Below are positions 11,671 to 24,769 of a DNA stretch of 64,000 bases, one piece after another. This stretch comes from Negaprion brevirostris. Its lineage: Eukaryota. The DNA lies in assembly GCA_030324005.1 (NCBI GenBank), contig JARDVH010000163.1, forward strand, positions 99,197,002-99,261,001, read 5' to 3'. Each line of letters begins with the position of its first letter. Positions within the stretch are counted from its first letter, which is position 1. Made by a program: the position numbers and the translations under genes. Below the pieces are notes generated by a model. The model saw only the letters and a program-made list of their open reading frames with translations. It did not search any database and was not told the DNA's origin.

Positions 11671-12354
11671 ATCATACCTACCATAATTACATGTTGAAAA
11701 TGACGTTAAAAGACTTCTTAATAATTTTTTTTTGTGAAAGACTATTTGCAATGAATCTATTTCAGTGAGAGCATTGATAAGATCTCAATCACTATCTTGC
11801 AGTTATAATCCACTGAATCAATGAAGGTCTTGCCTGTAAATCCTTTCAGGGAAAAGACCACTTTTTACGTAAAAGCAAGGTCTCAAAATGTGCAATCTTC
11901 AGTGCATTATGGAATGTCTCCAATAACTTTACGCTGCATGGCATTATCAGTTCCTTCACGCGTGGATGTGAGAGAAAAATGTGGTAAATTCACTGCAGTG
12001 TGTCACCAGATGGGGAAGGCTCATTGCCCAGCAGGCCAGAACAGATCCATAAAATACTGTCCAATCCTTGCATTAATCTTAAGTTTTTCCAGCTGTTGTG
12101 TAGTTTTCCTGCATCTACTTATTTCTCTCCAACTGTCGTAGATTCCTGTCCATTATTCCCTTGTCCATTCATGGGTCTGTTTTCAAGCTGTTATCAGAGC
12201 TTAGGATTTTGTTTTTCCTTTTCAAAATTTCTGTTACTGGAAAATACACAAAGAGCAAGAAGTTAAGAGCTATTCTAATCAGAGCTAACAGAACTGCTTT
12301 TTGAACAGCGAAATCTGATCAAACTAACTGGTCTCAGTACTTCATTAGTTCCTG

Positions 12355-12474
12355 ACTCACCTGACGAAGGAGCAGCGCTCTGAAAACTAGTGGCGTTTGC
12401 TACCAAATAAATCTGTTGGACTTTAACCTGGTGTATTGAGACTTCTTACTGTGTTTACCCCAGTCCAACGCCAC
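12355..12474 (+). mobile_element. Penelope-like terminal repeat (type A) with minimal hammerhead core
   Basis: CTGACGA-A-GGAGC-agc-GCTCT-GAAA at 12361-12385, then aaataaatctgttggactttaacctggtg...cttactgtg...cccagtccaacgcc. Homologous to the copies at 48118 and 49126. Confidence 0.75.
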
Positions 12475-14234
12475 ACAACTGGATGAATACGGTTGATTGT
12501 CTACTATACTGCAAGATGCAACTTGAATCGTGCTTGCTTTCAGTGTTGCTTCATAATGTGGTCAAACAGATGTAATGTTGTTGTGACAAGACATTCACTC
12601 AAGTGAATCTTGAAACCAGTGGATGTAATGGGAATTCTACATCTTGGCAATACAGAAGCTGGGGACGCTGCTCTTGGAACTGAATAAATGTTCACGTTGA
12701 AGCAGAGTTTCAGCAGGTCAGTGAATTGAACCTGTACCATTCCAATTCAACCTCACTATGACTCAAGCAGCAAAGTAGAGTCAGGGATTTGACAGATATA
12801 GTTGCTTGTGTCTTTAGTGTGCTTTATTCTGCTTGCTGAGGAATTAGAGGATTTTAATGAAGCTACATCATTCTTTCAAGTTTGGTGCAAGGCTCAGGTT
12901 CTGACTTTGGCAGCGACAAATGTCAGCAAGTGTGCATGTTCCCAGAACTTTCCACAGAAAGAAAATGGTGAACATTGAGCACCAGGACTGCTTTTTAAAC
13001 AGCACCAGGAGAGAGGAAATTGCAGTTTGCTAATGTTTTGTGAATGCATAGCACTCTCCTCCCTGATATTTTACAATAAACAGATTAGTACCTTTTTTTT
13101 AATAGCAAAGAGTGGAATATGATACCGGCATATTAGGTGTTCATGTGACAATATCATCAGTAATTTCTGCTTTTAATCTTTTAGCCATGACTGCTCAGGG
13201 ACAATGATAAATGTAGAACTCTGTTTGAATCAATGGTGTTATATTGAGCATGTTGCTTGCTTAGCCTCTGATGGGCGTGTGAAAGAATTATCAGGGGAAG
13301 AGATGATAAATTAGCTGCAGTTGGATTTAAATTAGACACAAGATTTTTTTGTTGACAAGAATGGGAATCAAGCCTCTTAAAATGCCCCATGGGTGGGTGT
13401 GTTAGTACTGGCAGGTAGAATGCACAAATTTTGAGTGCTTGAATTTTTGGTTCCTCTTAATTGGACAAGTCTATTGCTGTGGAATGCAGTGTATTACTGA
13501 AACACAACTCTTTATCATTGTCATGGAATATTATATCAGTGGTGACGTGCTGCTGCAGCAGCATTGTGAGCCTTTCTCAGCACTGAAGAAAGTGCTAAGA
13601 CCCAACATGGTGAAGCAGTGACGTGCTGCATCACATTATGAAGTTAAAATTGATCAATGGACGTAAGTTTCATTGCATGGCCTCATTCAGTAAAATGCTG
13701 TGTTTGTATAATACCTCAATGTATGTGTGTATTTTAAGGGATAGGATGGTTGTAGAATAATGAGATTAAAATTAAAATCAATTTTGTTTCTTACAAGTCC
13801 TAAATTTTGATTGCTTCTGGACCCGGTGAACGTCCTCCAAGAACATCTGCAGTAACATAAATGCAATTCTCAAAATAAGTGAAATAAATGATAGCTGTTT
13901 TATTAGCAACATTGCTGAAGGAAAAAGGTAACAGATAGTGTTTAGTAATCTAGAAATGCTGCAGCTGGCGAGTAACTACTGACTTTAGAAACAGCTAAAT
14001 GCAATAAATGAACTGATTACAGGCTCTCAAATGAGAAACAGAGGTGACCTTGTTCCTGATGTTTGTACACTGGACAAAAGACTTTACAGTACATTGCATA
14101 GCCATTACTGAAAAGAGCTCAATTGCATAGAAGTTGGGCGTGACTTGATACCATGGTTATCTGAGCCATACACTACATCAAGCATCAAACAAAAAAAATA
14201 CCCAATGTTGGATTAATACTAAGTCAGTTGTGCG

Positions 14235-14372
14235 GAAAGAAGAGTTCTATTAAAAGTCATCATGCTAAAATATGAGCACTGTTTCTTCACAGGTGCTGCC
14301 AAACCCGCCAAGTTTTTCCAGAACTTTTTATTTTTAATTCAGATTTCCAATGCTCACAGTACTTTGCTTTTG
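14235..14372 (+). mobile_element. Penelope-like terminal repeat (type B), decayed
   Basis: cacaggtgctgccaaacccgccaagtttttccagaac...cagatttccaatgctcacagtactttgctttt matches the terminus at about 63560-63690 that follows a GIY-YIG remnant. Confidence 0.55.
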
Positions 14373-14509
14373 TACCCATGGTAATTGTTGCCTGATCAGA
14401 ATCGGTTGTTGGCAGTAGGAAGTCTGAGAGAGAAAATTTCCAATAAGACTTGAATCAAGCAGTTATATAATTTATGAATATAATTTATATCTTATAGTGC
14501 AGTGCTACT

Positions 14510-14941
14510 ATGTCTGGAGAGGGTGCAGAGGAGATTTACCCGAAGAATAGCAGGGGTGATGGGCACGAGTCAGATGCATGATTTTATCACTCACACCCTT
14601 GTTTTTAAATCTCTTCATGGCCTCACCCCACCATATCTCTGTCATCTCCTCCAGTCCCACAACCCTGTGAGATATCTTAATTCCTCTAATTCTGGCATAA
14701 ACATCTTTGATTTTAATTGCTCCATGGTTGGTGGTCATGTCCAGAAGCTTGGGAATTCCCTCCCTACACTTCTCTATCTTGTGTTTCTCCTTTAAGACAC
14801 TCAGTAAAACCTTGCTCTTTGACCAAATATTTGACCATCTAATTTGATATCTCCTTACGTGGCCTGGTGTCATATTTTGTTCTATAATGCTCCTGTGAAG
14901 TGCCCTGGGTTACTTTATTCCTATAAATATAAGTTGTTGTT
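14510..14941 (+). mobile_element. Short CR1 fragment abutting an L2 LINE 3' end
   Basis: 14510-14562 encodes LERVQRRFTRRI (CR1). From about 14580 it encodes LVFKSLHGLTPPYLCHLL (L2 ORF2 C-terminus) and ends in an L2 tail (tataaatataagttgttgtt). Confidence 0.75.
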
Positions 14942-15365
14942 AGATGTGAAATGCGTTGAGATGCGGTAACAGGTCACAAAAGGTTAACTTTTTTTCTTGT
15001 ATATTCTGACCACGTTAGTGTGTTGTTGCCAAGGAGCCAGTTGTCATTTTGGTTGGGGAACCTGACTACTTTGTGCACTTTCGGTTGCGTTAATGTCACA
15101 ATAAAGAGAATTTCATAGGAAACCTAATGGAAATAGGATGAAGAGAAGGAGCAAGCATACAAGAAAAAAAACAAATTCGCAATAAGATGGTTCTTTGTGC
15201 TTTGTTTCCGCTTCCTCTAATTCTAATTATTATTCAGCCATTTTTTAAAGCAACAGCTTTGTTAGCTCAAACCTGATCCTGACGCTAACGTGGTCTTGTG
15301 ATGCTTTGATTGTAACTAGCCTTTTTCATTTTTATTCTATTCACATTTTTATTCTATTCACAGTG

Positions 15366-15697
15366 GATGACACGGTAGCACAGTGGTTAGCACTGCTGCT
15401 TCACAGCTCCAGGGACCTGGGTTCGATTCCCGGCTTGGGTCACTGTTTGTGTGGAGTTTGCACATTCTCCTTGTGTCTGCGTGGGTTTCCTCCGAGTGCT
15501 CTGGTTTCTTCCAACAGTCCAAAGATGTGCGGGTTAGGTCGATTGGCCATGCTAAAAATTGCTCTTAGTATCCTGAGATGCAGGGATTAGTGGGTAAATG
15601 TGTAGGGATATAGGTGTGGGGCCTGGGTGGGATTGTGGTCAGTGCAGACTTGATGGGCTGAATGGCCTCTTTCTGTACAGTAGGGATTCTATTCTAT
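15366..15697 (+). mobile_element. HE1-type V-SINE, full length
   Basis: Complete tRNA head, V-domain and CR1-like tail ending gggattctattctat. Confidence 0.9.
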
Positions 15698-16094
15698 GTT
15701 GTAGAAGGACAGGTTGAACAATAGATCAATGTATTTTGAATCCAGATAAAGTTTTTCTTTATTGCGATTTGGATTGCAGAAGGATTAGTTGTCGCAGGGT
15801 GAACTAGGGTAGTCAGGCTATTGCACAGTATAATGTATTTTAACTGCCGAGCAAGCAACTTTGCTATTTTAAAAGAAAAGTTCAATATAGAACAGTCAAT
15901 CTTTTTCTTTGAAAAGTGCTTAATCCTTATGAAAGGGATCATTTCTGATTTGGCTAAGTGTTTTCTGTATCATTGATCTGGTAGCAAGCTTTATTGTTTA
16001 AAAAAAAATATTAAATTTTGTGGATGACATTTGTAGATTTGGCGCAGGAGATTCTACTGACGAAATTGGGCTTTTGGCTGAAAGTGTAACCCAT

Positions 16095-16267
16095 TGAAAA
16101 ATTGAGATTGCTGGAAAAAAACCCAGCAGATCTGGCAGCATCTGTGAAGAGACAAACTTGAGCTTGCACTTCGAGTTCAGATGACTCCTTTCTTCATGAA
16201 GAATCCTGTTTCCAGCATTTTCTATTTTCATTACAGATTTCTAATGTCTGCAATATTTTGCTTTCGT
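16095..16267. mobile_element. Penelope-like type-B terminal repeat in inverted plus direct arrangement
   Basis: 16095-16190 (tgctggaaaaaaacccagcagatctggcagcatctgtg) is the reverse complement of the type-B terminus. It is followed by a forward partial copy (ttccagcattttctattttc...tattttgcttt). Confidence 0.65.
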
Positions 16268-17652
16268 TGTATTAAAAATAGCTTGCATGTAGACAAATTC
16301 TGAGGAAAGACAACATTGAAAAGAGTGGCAAAAATATTTCATTGGAAGAAAAAAATTCCTTCTGCTTTTATCCTAGTGCCACACCCCCTCACTAGTCTAG
16401 ACGGATTCATAATCACATCCAGACTGCCAACTGAAAGATAGCAAAAGGGCTGGGACTTAGAATAGATGTGCTTTCTGACCCTTGAAACAAAGGCAATTTT
16501 CTATAAACGTTAAGCCCCATAGTTCTTTCTACATTTTAAACAGTTGCTGTGGCCAAAGGTGAACATGGCCTTTTGTTGCCAGGGAGACTCTAGTCTTCAG
16601 TCTGTGTGGCTGCATTGGTAACATTTTTCACAGGCCTGTTCAGCAATGTACAATCAAGATCAAAACACAGGCCTTTTTTCCAAAGTTATCCTGGTAAAAG
16701 ACATTTCAAAGTGCATGTGTTGTTGACAAATGCCTGCAAACAAAATATCTGACCTGCCTTCAATTATTCACATCTGTACATCACTGAAAGCCAATCACAG
16801 AACAGCATCTCTGGTTTTCACTGAACCATGCATGTTTAACTCGACTGCCTTCTGTTCAGAACAGCTTTATGATTGTCTTGGATAAAATGTGGTGGAATTA
16901 AATACTTCTTCCCCTTCTGCCATGATGTCTGTTCTCAAATGAGACAAATTTCCCCAATAGCAATTCCATCGCTTGAAATTTTGTTGGTTGGCGAGGAGAG
17001 GGGTGGGGGCGAGGGGGATGATTAGGACATTATATCAACTGAATGTTGGCTTCTCTTTTTTCTCCCTCCCAAAGAGAATTGACTGATCTAAAAACAAATG
17101 CATCAAATGGGTGCTGCTCAGCAGCTGAGCCTGAAAACTCAGCCTATTGTTTTTCCCTTCTTTGGCTGCCAGGAAGTTGGCATCTTGGATTCATGTCGAG
17201 TCTTTTGACCAGTTTAATAGGATTAATATGCTTTCACCCAACTGCTGACAAAATAAATACTAGGAGTCCTCTTTTAAACACTTTGTGAGCCAGTTTGGAA
17301 ATGAATGCCATGGACGTTACCCACAATCAAAGCTGAATGGATAAATAAACATCAGTCAACTGCTTCATTACCAAGATGTGCAAGGTTTTGGTATTATGTC
17401 ACTGCAATGACTATAATGTAGGTTCCGACCAGAAAGCTGGCTAATTTTTCTATGCAGGCTTGCAGTAACGTGGATAGAGGCACTCAAAACAGCTCCGCAT
17501 TTGTATTCCTCAGAAATTATATAAATGTTTAAGAACATTGATTCTGGGATCATTTCAGTTGAGGAGAGTCAGAACATGTCATTTAAGAAAAATAGTCTTT
17601 GTAATTAAATCTCTTAGGTTTGAGTTCTGTGATTATCCAAAGGCATGTCATA

Positions 17653-17972
17653 TGGGTGGTGCAGTGGTGAGCACTTCTGCCTCTCAGTGCCATGGACCCA
17701 GGTTCAATTCCAGCCTTGGGTGATTGTGTGGAGTTTGCGCATTCTGTCCCTGTCTGTGTGCCTGTCCCCCAGGTGCTTCGTCTTTCTCCCACAGATGTGC
17801 AGGTTAGGTGGATTGGTTACAGTAAATTGCCCCTTATTGTACCAAGATGTGGGGATTAGCGGGGTAAATATGTGAGGTTACAGGGATAGGGCTTGGATAC
17901 GATGCTCTGTTGGAGAGTCGGTGCTGACTCGATTGGCCAAATGGTGGCCTCCTGTACTTGAGGCATTCTATG
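17653..17972 (+). mobile_element. HE1-type V-SINE
   Basis: ggtggtgcagtggtgagcac...ggttcaattcc, V-domain, tail ending attctatg. Confidence 0.85.
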
Positions 17973-20499
17973 AAATGTATTTGCATGCTAAGAAGAAGGG
18001 CCAAAAAACCATCTGAAGATAGTTGTTAGCAAACTGTCATATGACTGACTTTCTGCCATGCATTCTCATGCTGATTGAGGCTGTCCCTTTGTGAATGTTG
18101 CCCTCATTTAATATGTTTGAGGATGTATTTTGTATTGTATCCTAATTATGTCCAGACCAATAATAACAAAAATGAATAAACCCTTTTTCACATTCATACT
18201 TTCAAAAGTGGAATTCATAAACATTTATGATGTGGTTGACCCATGGCATCTGGTCATGTTGGAACTCTGATCACTTAGGTGACTAATGAATTTTCAACAG
18301 CAGCGATGAGATTGATGGGCTTTGGTGCTCATTTTAAAGGCCAACTGTAGTTTTGGTCTGAATTTTGAAGAATGATATTTACCACTCATTATCCCCACAG
18401 CTGCCCACAGACTTTTTATGGGCTTTTCCATGGAAACAAGGGTCTGTGATTCTTGGGGATCCTTTCAAATGTAGGGCAAACTGGCAAGTGTGAAAAGATC
18501 AAGCAACAATGTGTCTCAACCAGTTGGATTGAAGAAGCCTCACTGTGATGTGTAGTATTAATTAGCATATTTAATTCCTTGTAAAATCTTGTAAAGGAGT
18601 TGAAAGAAATAAATTAGCAGAGAAATATGAAACCAAGGAAATTTTAGAAAAGTGATTTTGAAATTTTCAACAGGAATTAAATTCTGAAGTCCTGAGACCC
18701 CACGCTTGTAAAATTCAAGTTTTAATGCCAGAGAAGTTGATTGGTTGCAATGAAACTTTATTATGCTACTGAAAATTCACTTGCACCTGAATGCACCAGT
18801 CCTAACCTTTTCTGCCATGTAGGGTGGGGTGTTTAGTGGTTAAATATTGGTATTGATGCCTGTTGTATGTTTTAACATGGAGTTTATTGGTAATGTACTG
18901 GCAGAGGAAAGCTTGTGGAAGGGCAGGACAAATCGGATAGGAACTTGTGGATTTCCATGTTTATTTTCATCACTGGAATTTGTTGTCCAATTTATCCTAA
19001 ATGTGAGCATTGATACCCTCGTTATTGTACCTATCACAAAATCCATGCCACAGTGCCAATGCAAATTTCAAAGGCATAAAAAGCAGTGTTTCCTTCAGAA
19101 ATATCTGAAACTATGGATAGCACAACATAGCCCAACAGGGGTAGGAAATGAAGTTGTAATAAAAATTGGGAGAATTCCCATTGTAAAACTTTGTTATTGA
19201 TGAAGCAGAATCAGATATTGCAAAGCTGCACATGCCCACCATTTTGTAAGTGAACCAGTTTTTACAATATAGCAGGAAAATGCAGCCTTCTCCTGATTTC
19301 ATCGGGTGAAATTTCATTCCCTAAACATTGACCATCTCTTTCTATAATGAATGGGGCACAATAGATCTCTTGATTTCAGAGTAGTGTATCTGGCGATATC
19401 TTTCTACATTTCTATTCTTTTAACGAAGGATGTGTGAATTGAAAACTATGGTTTGGCTTTTGTTGCTCTGTAAAAGGAAATGAACTAGGAATACTCCATC
19501 TGCCGTCAGTTCTTTAGCTATCAGGAGACTGATTGATTAATGCGTGTCATTCAGTAATGAAGGTTCTATGAATGCAGGGTTGTAGTATCTTGCCAAGTTA
19601 ATGCAAGAATGATTCATTGAAGGACATCGTCACGTGCTGGAGTCTCCAGTAGCTTTTATCTCCAATTCAGTTAATTCACACACACATCATCCTTTATTTC
19701 ATCACCTGTGTGCAGTTCTTATTCTTGGCAAATTCCTGAATTGGGGGAATGAACTTCATCATAAATAACCAACGTGAAATGCTTAAACCATCCTGTTTAG
19801 AAATAGAACCAAGATACTCATTTTTGGTTAATAAACTCCTGATACCACCCACTCATTGTTCATTGATTGAATTGGTCTTGGTTCTGCTATGTTCGACCTT
19901 GGTGGCGCCCTATACTATTGGCATTTGGCCTTCACACACATTTCTCCACATAAAATGGAAATACATAGAATTATACAGTCAAGCACAGTAATGCTGAAAA
20001 AAGCGATTTGGCAGTGATTTGCTGGGTTGTTCACAAAGAATTATTCCAAAGAAATTTACACATTTAAATAGAAGTGAACTGGTTGTTATTCTACTTGAGA
20101 TGATGATCACAGTGGCACCTGGGGAATACAAACACATCAGCACAAACCTCTCATTATAACCAGTCTTATTCCTGCTTAATTATAAGAGCTCAAACGATAG
20201 TGAGCTGAATTCCTGATGAGCACGACCGTTTTGCCAATTGCTAAGAGTTTGGAACTCAACACAATGCCACTAATTTGCTAATTCTTTTATCATATTCGTT
20301 AATTGGTATTGTTGTTGTTGAAATCATCAAGAATGCCATGATTAAAAAAAAAATGTATAACTTTATATGTTTCTGCCAAATATTGTACGGCACAATCTCA
20401 TACTAAGGTCATTGGAACAGGGAGGGAGGTGGGGAGGAAATGGCTGTGTATTTGCTTGCCTGCTACGATTAATTCTCAATGAATGACTGACAGGCTTCT

Positions 20500-20760
20500 T
20501 TGTTTTTTGTTTGATGGTGTTCACTGAGGGAGTATCTTGGTCAAGATTGAGAGCTCCCTACTTGTTGTACAGCACCATGACAGATTTAACATCTATCAGA
20601 ATTGGCAATTACAATTAATTAAATTACTTTGCTGACAACTCAGTATTCTCACAGTTGTGCATTTGTGTGCCAACTGGATTTTGTTTTAAAATTCTGGTGT
20701 GGGGACTAAGCATACTATTTCCTGACCGAGGGAGTGAACATGCTATATCACATTGAGTTG
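20500..20760 (-). mobile_element. Deu-domain (SacSINE1-like) SINE, heavily decayed
   Basis: The reverse complement follows my recalled SacSINE1 layout (tRNA head, then Deu domain). Homologous to the 58338 and 60365 copies. Confidence 0.45.
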
Positions 20761-21799
20761 TCCAATCAAGTGACCTTTTGATATACCACTTGGGTCAGGG
20801 ACAGGAAGGCTGCTGGCAATACACCTGAGCATGGATCTCTGTCTTCAAGATAGGAAAAAATGCATAAATGCAAAACAAAAAAAGAGATTCAGGCAGAGGA
20901 CATGAGCCTCCTTTTTTTTAACACTAGCGATGAAACAGGGCAGATCAGCAGACTGCAGCAATGCATTTCATATTAATAATAAAACGTTTAAAAAATTACA
21001 AGGATATTGACGAATGTAACGTTTCCACAATCAAGCACATCATGAAATAGATGCTGTGTCAATTAAATGTGATTCTAAAAGTTAAGAATCATTGTTGTTT
21101 TCTTGGCTGCCGAGTACTAATCTATTCAAGTCTAGTTTAAAGCTTAATTTCTTGAATTGCACTGTTTTTATCTATTCGGTATGCTATTTGTAAAATTATA
21201 CAAATGCATTCCATCTGAACAAAAGCCCAAGTCAAGAAGCAGGGTCACCTGTCTAATGTGGAAGCTGGATTGTTGTCATGGCATTGATCAAAACAATTGA
21301 AATTTCTTCACCTTTTTGAAAAGGTGTACATAATATTTTTAACCACTCCAATGAATAATATCGTGCTATGTATGGGATCTCAGCCACATGATGTGCCTTA
21401 TTACTTCTTTGTTAGCATTGTAATGTATTTGACGATAATGAATATGCATTGGTGTGGCACAGTTGGAGCTGCATTTCAACTGGCTTTAACACCCAGCTTC
21501 CAATTGAAAAATGATATAAAAGCTTTTCTTTTCACATTAGTTTGTGGACTTCTCTGACCTCTGGTTCCTGACTTGAAACCACATTCAATCAATGTGTACT
21601 CCTGCTTGAACTCAATGACTCGAAGAGAGGAATTAGAATTCAAAACCGAGAATGCTGGGACCACACAATAGGCCCGTCAGTATTTGAAAAGAGAAAAGAA
21701 AATCATGTAAGATTAGCTTAAGTACTCTGGATTCACTTCAATATTGCGAATCCACCCTTATGATGTCACTGTTTTCCATTAGCATTGGAATGTGTTCCC

Positions 21800-22465
21800 T
21801 TTCTGGCTTCGGGTCTCACTTGGCAAGCAGTGGCAATATGGGTCATCTTTTGGTAATTGAACTTCCATCCAGACATGCCTGTGTTGTGTGGTTGCCATTA
21901 CAACGGTAATAAGAGACTAAAGCACTACCTGTGGACAGAAACAACACCAGTCACTTGTGTAAGATGAAATTCTGAGCATTCTTTGATGCCACCTCCGTGG
22001 TAAAAACCATTTACACACTGGCTCAAATGTAAGATTTTGTTTGTTTCATAACTTTGGATTATTCTGTCCATCAATCTGACACACAAATCTGCCCCTCAAT
22101 GCATAATCTAAGAATGTGCCAAAGTGCAATGTAATAATAAACTCTTCAGTGCCATGATGTCATCAACACATTAACAATTTTTAAGGTTTCTGGTTCCAAA
22201 TTTGGAGCTTTTTTCTATTTCTTAGTGGCTTAAGATTGAAATTTCCCTCCAACTTAAAGGTGGATATTTTGAATGGCGCATCTTTTGTGCTCAAGAATTT
22301 CCTTATCCTGAGACTGGACGACTTCATTTCTACTTTGGGTTCTAGTACATGATTAGCTCTGAAGATGATGTCTGCCCTTTCAGTGTATGAACTGAGTGGT
22401 TCCTGAGCGCTCTCGTTTGTTTCTAGCCTTCTGATGTAATCTATGAGCGCAGCCATTTGTCCCAT
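21800..22465 (-). pseudogene. Gypsy (Mag-like clade) LTR-retrotransposon gag remnant
   Basis: ORF 22181-22465 (MAALI...QEPLSSYTERADIIFRAN...NFNLKPL...NQKP) continues across frameshifts as MALKSLLLHC/FGTFLDYALRGRFVC. Two decayed zinc knuckles follow: (Y)YRCNGNHTTQAC and FN(Y)QKMTHIATAC. Confidence 0.75.
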
Positions 22466-22713
22466 TCAAATGTGACAGGTGACAAGATACCCTCACTATG
22501 GTGTAATCATCTTAGCTAAAACAAACTCAGTCAACGCCAGTCTGGTCAGTAATTGAATCAGATGGGCCTAAGGGCCTTGGCGAACCCGGCAGTAGCCGTN
22601 NNNNNNNNNNNNNNAGAAACTCAATCCAATTAATACATCTGCCGTCCCAGCAAATCTTGTCCATCACCAGTTCTACTGCCCGTTGCTGGTAATACAATTC
22701 TACTTTGATTCCA

Positions 22714-22724
22714 TCTTGTCACCA
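22714..22724 (-). promoter_or_regulatory. Probable primer-binding site of the Gypsy element
   Basis: The minus strand reads TGGTGACAAGA, a CpG-decayed form of the TGGCGACGAG PBS common in this Gypsy group, about 250 bp upstream of the gag start. Confidence 0.5.
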
Positions 22725-23635
22725 AAATCAGTTGACATGGAGAGGCACCAGCAGTGGAAGTGTTCTGCCCTTGTACAGATTGGGAAATTTTTAACAAATC
22801 AACAATGATCAACAAATAATTGAACAACAAAATTTATTATTTTAAGACTTTTACTGTAACAAAAAATCAATATCAACTAAGCATTATTTATTACGCAAGT
22901 AATACAGTAAATTACAGAAAAGTTGCTTTCATTATTAACTAATTAACACAACCACACACCACAAACTCTGTTGATACATTGTGCCACACCATCAACTGAT
23001 CTGTACCTTTGTAAACAATGTCTTAAATGCCCCCTAGCTGTCCAATTACATCAGGGTAAATCTTTCAGTGCCTATTAAAAGGTCCTTCCACTCAATCTGT
23101 CGAGTGCCGTTGAACAGATTCACAGTGGTAAGGTACCCTCTGGTGACTACTTGATTCTTAAATCTCTACAAGTCTTGAATCTTCAGATAGAGAATCCATT
23201 TACACCAACATTTTCCTTGGTGGTTCATACAAAAAGATATTTCCCCATACTTGGTACAGTAACAGCTGTTTTCAGTTTTACGCTTCAGATCTCTCCCATT
23301 GACTGTTTCTGGGCAGTGAGACCAGCTGCTCCAATTTTGCATTAAGGTGTGAAAACTGGCACTTGACCTTTGACTTGGGCCCCTGTCCCAATGGCAGCCA
23401 TGTCACATGGGCCTCTCTGGAAAGAGTTCAAAACAATAACCTTTACCCATTCTGGGACATTTTTCTTCTAACTTGAATTAAAAGAGTAAAGTTTAAAACA
23501 TAACGACCTTATGAAGTCTCACATTGTAACAAAAGACAGAGACTGAGGTGGCCAATGCATGTGTTTAATGACTTAATTTCACACTTTGCATTCTTATCAT
23601 ATTTGACTACTACCATGTGATGTTTTCTTGCCCCA

Positions 23636-23724
23636 GTTTTCAGATGAATCATATTTGAACTTGCAGCCTTAAGTATTGTTTTGGCTGACTTCAGAAAATA
23701 TTGCATTTGTTGACCTTAGTTCTG
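23636..23724 (+). repeat. 89-bp direct repeat, copy 1
   Basis: 85/89 identical to 24770-24858 by direct comparison. Confidence 0.95.
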
Positions 23725-24511
23725 CCCAACCCCCCCATGACCCGATCAGGGCCCCTCTACCGTTCTGGACTGCAGGGTGGCAGCAGGACCCCNNNNNNNN
23801 NNNNNNNNNNNNNNNNNNNNNNNNNNNNNNNNNNNNNNNNNNNNNNNNNNNNNNNNNNNNNNNNNNNNNNNNNNNNNNNNNNNNNNNNNNNNAAGTTGGC
23901 ACCTATATTGGTTTAATTTCTGCATTAAGTACAATATATGAAATTCTGGCCTGTTACATTGGTTCTGTAAGTGTGATCATGAGTGCTGAAAAACGAGATT
24001 GTGGCACCCCCCGACTGTGGCAAGAGACGGATTTAAAATTTTCAGGTTTTGCTTCATTTTACGACGCAGTGGGTTTTTTCTGGTGCCAGTTAAAGAACAG
24101 TGATAGGCAGGGATATTGTAAAACTCTACTATTGGATTTGAAAATCCTATATATATTTTGAGTATGCGTGTTTGTGGTACTGGTCTTAGATTCATGTAGC
24201 TTACAATAGGCCATATTTCCAGAATATGTCGAAGCTTTTTAGAAACATTTTGCAATACGGAAGAGATAAGATCAGGAGACATTACAAATTTCCCCTTTTA
24301 ACCTTAGAGTGACAAGCCCTGACTCCTCCTTTTAGTGTCATCTTAACAGTATCTTGACTTTGTAGTCATACTCCCCTACTCCTCCACCTTCCCATGATCC
24401 TTGAGTAATCTGCTCCTCCTGTGTTCTCTTGACCACTTTTGCAACTTCTCTGTGGTAGCTTGCACCTGTTTTGTAGAACAACTTACCCTAGAATAGTACC
24501 AAAGATTCAAG

Positions 24512-24638
24512 GGGCAGAATGTTACTGCCTCTCCCTTTGGTAGGATCTTCTGGTACCATCAAAGTTTATGGACCTTTCAATAGTTCACTGCTTTTTATTG
24601 TCCTGTCACTGCTGAGACACGGTTGTAAAATTCCACCC
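24512..24638. mobile_element. MITE (PIF/Harbinger-like) with 14-bp imperfect TIRs and a 3-bp TSD
   Basis: GGGCAGAATGTTAC...GTAAAATTCCACCC, flanked by AAG on both sides. The internal aaagt..atggac.tttc is shared with 61918-62043. Confidence 0.55.
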
Positions 24639-24769
24639 AAGGTTGTGCGCATGTTAGGTGGGTTGCTGTGTACAAAGCTTGCTCAAACTGACTTTTTAAA
24701 ATCTTCCATTTCATTGTGATCTGGATTTTCTGTATTCGGGGAATGGGAGTTCAGCAAAGCCTCCTGCAT

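Noticed and set aside
15306-15590. Recurrent ORFs such as VAQWLALLPHS / VSTAASQ (also at 6085, 28910, 51828, 60722)
   Set aside because: These are translations of HE1 SINE copies, not genes. The tRNA-like heads are SINE promoters, not tRNA genes.
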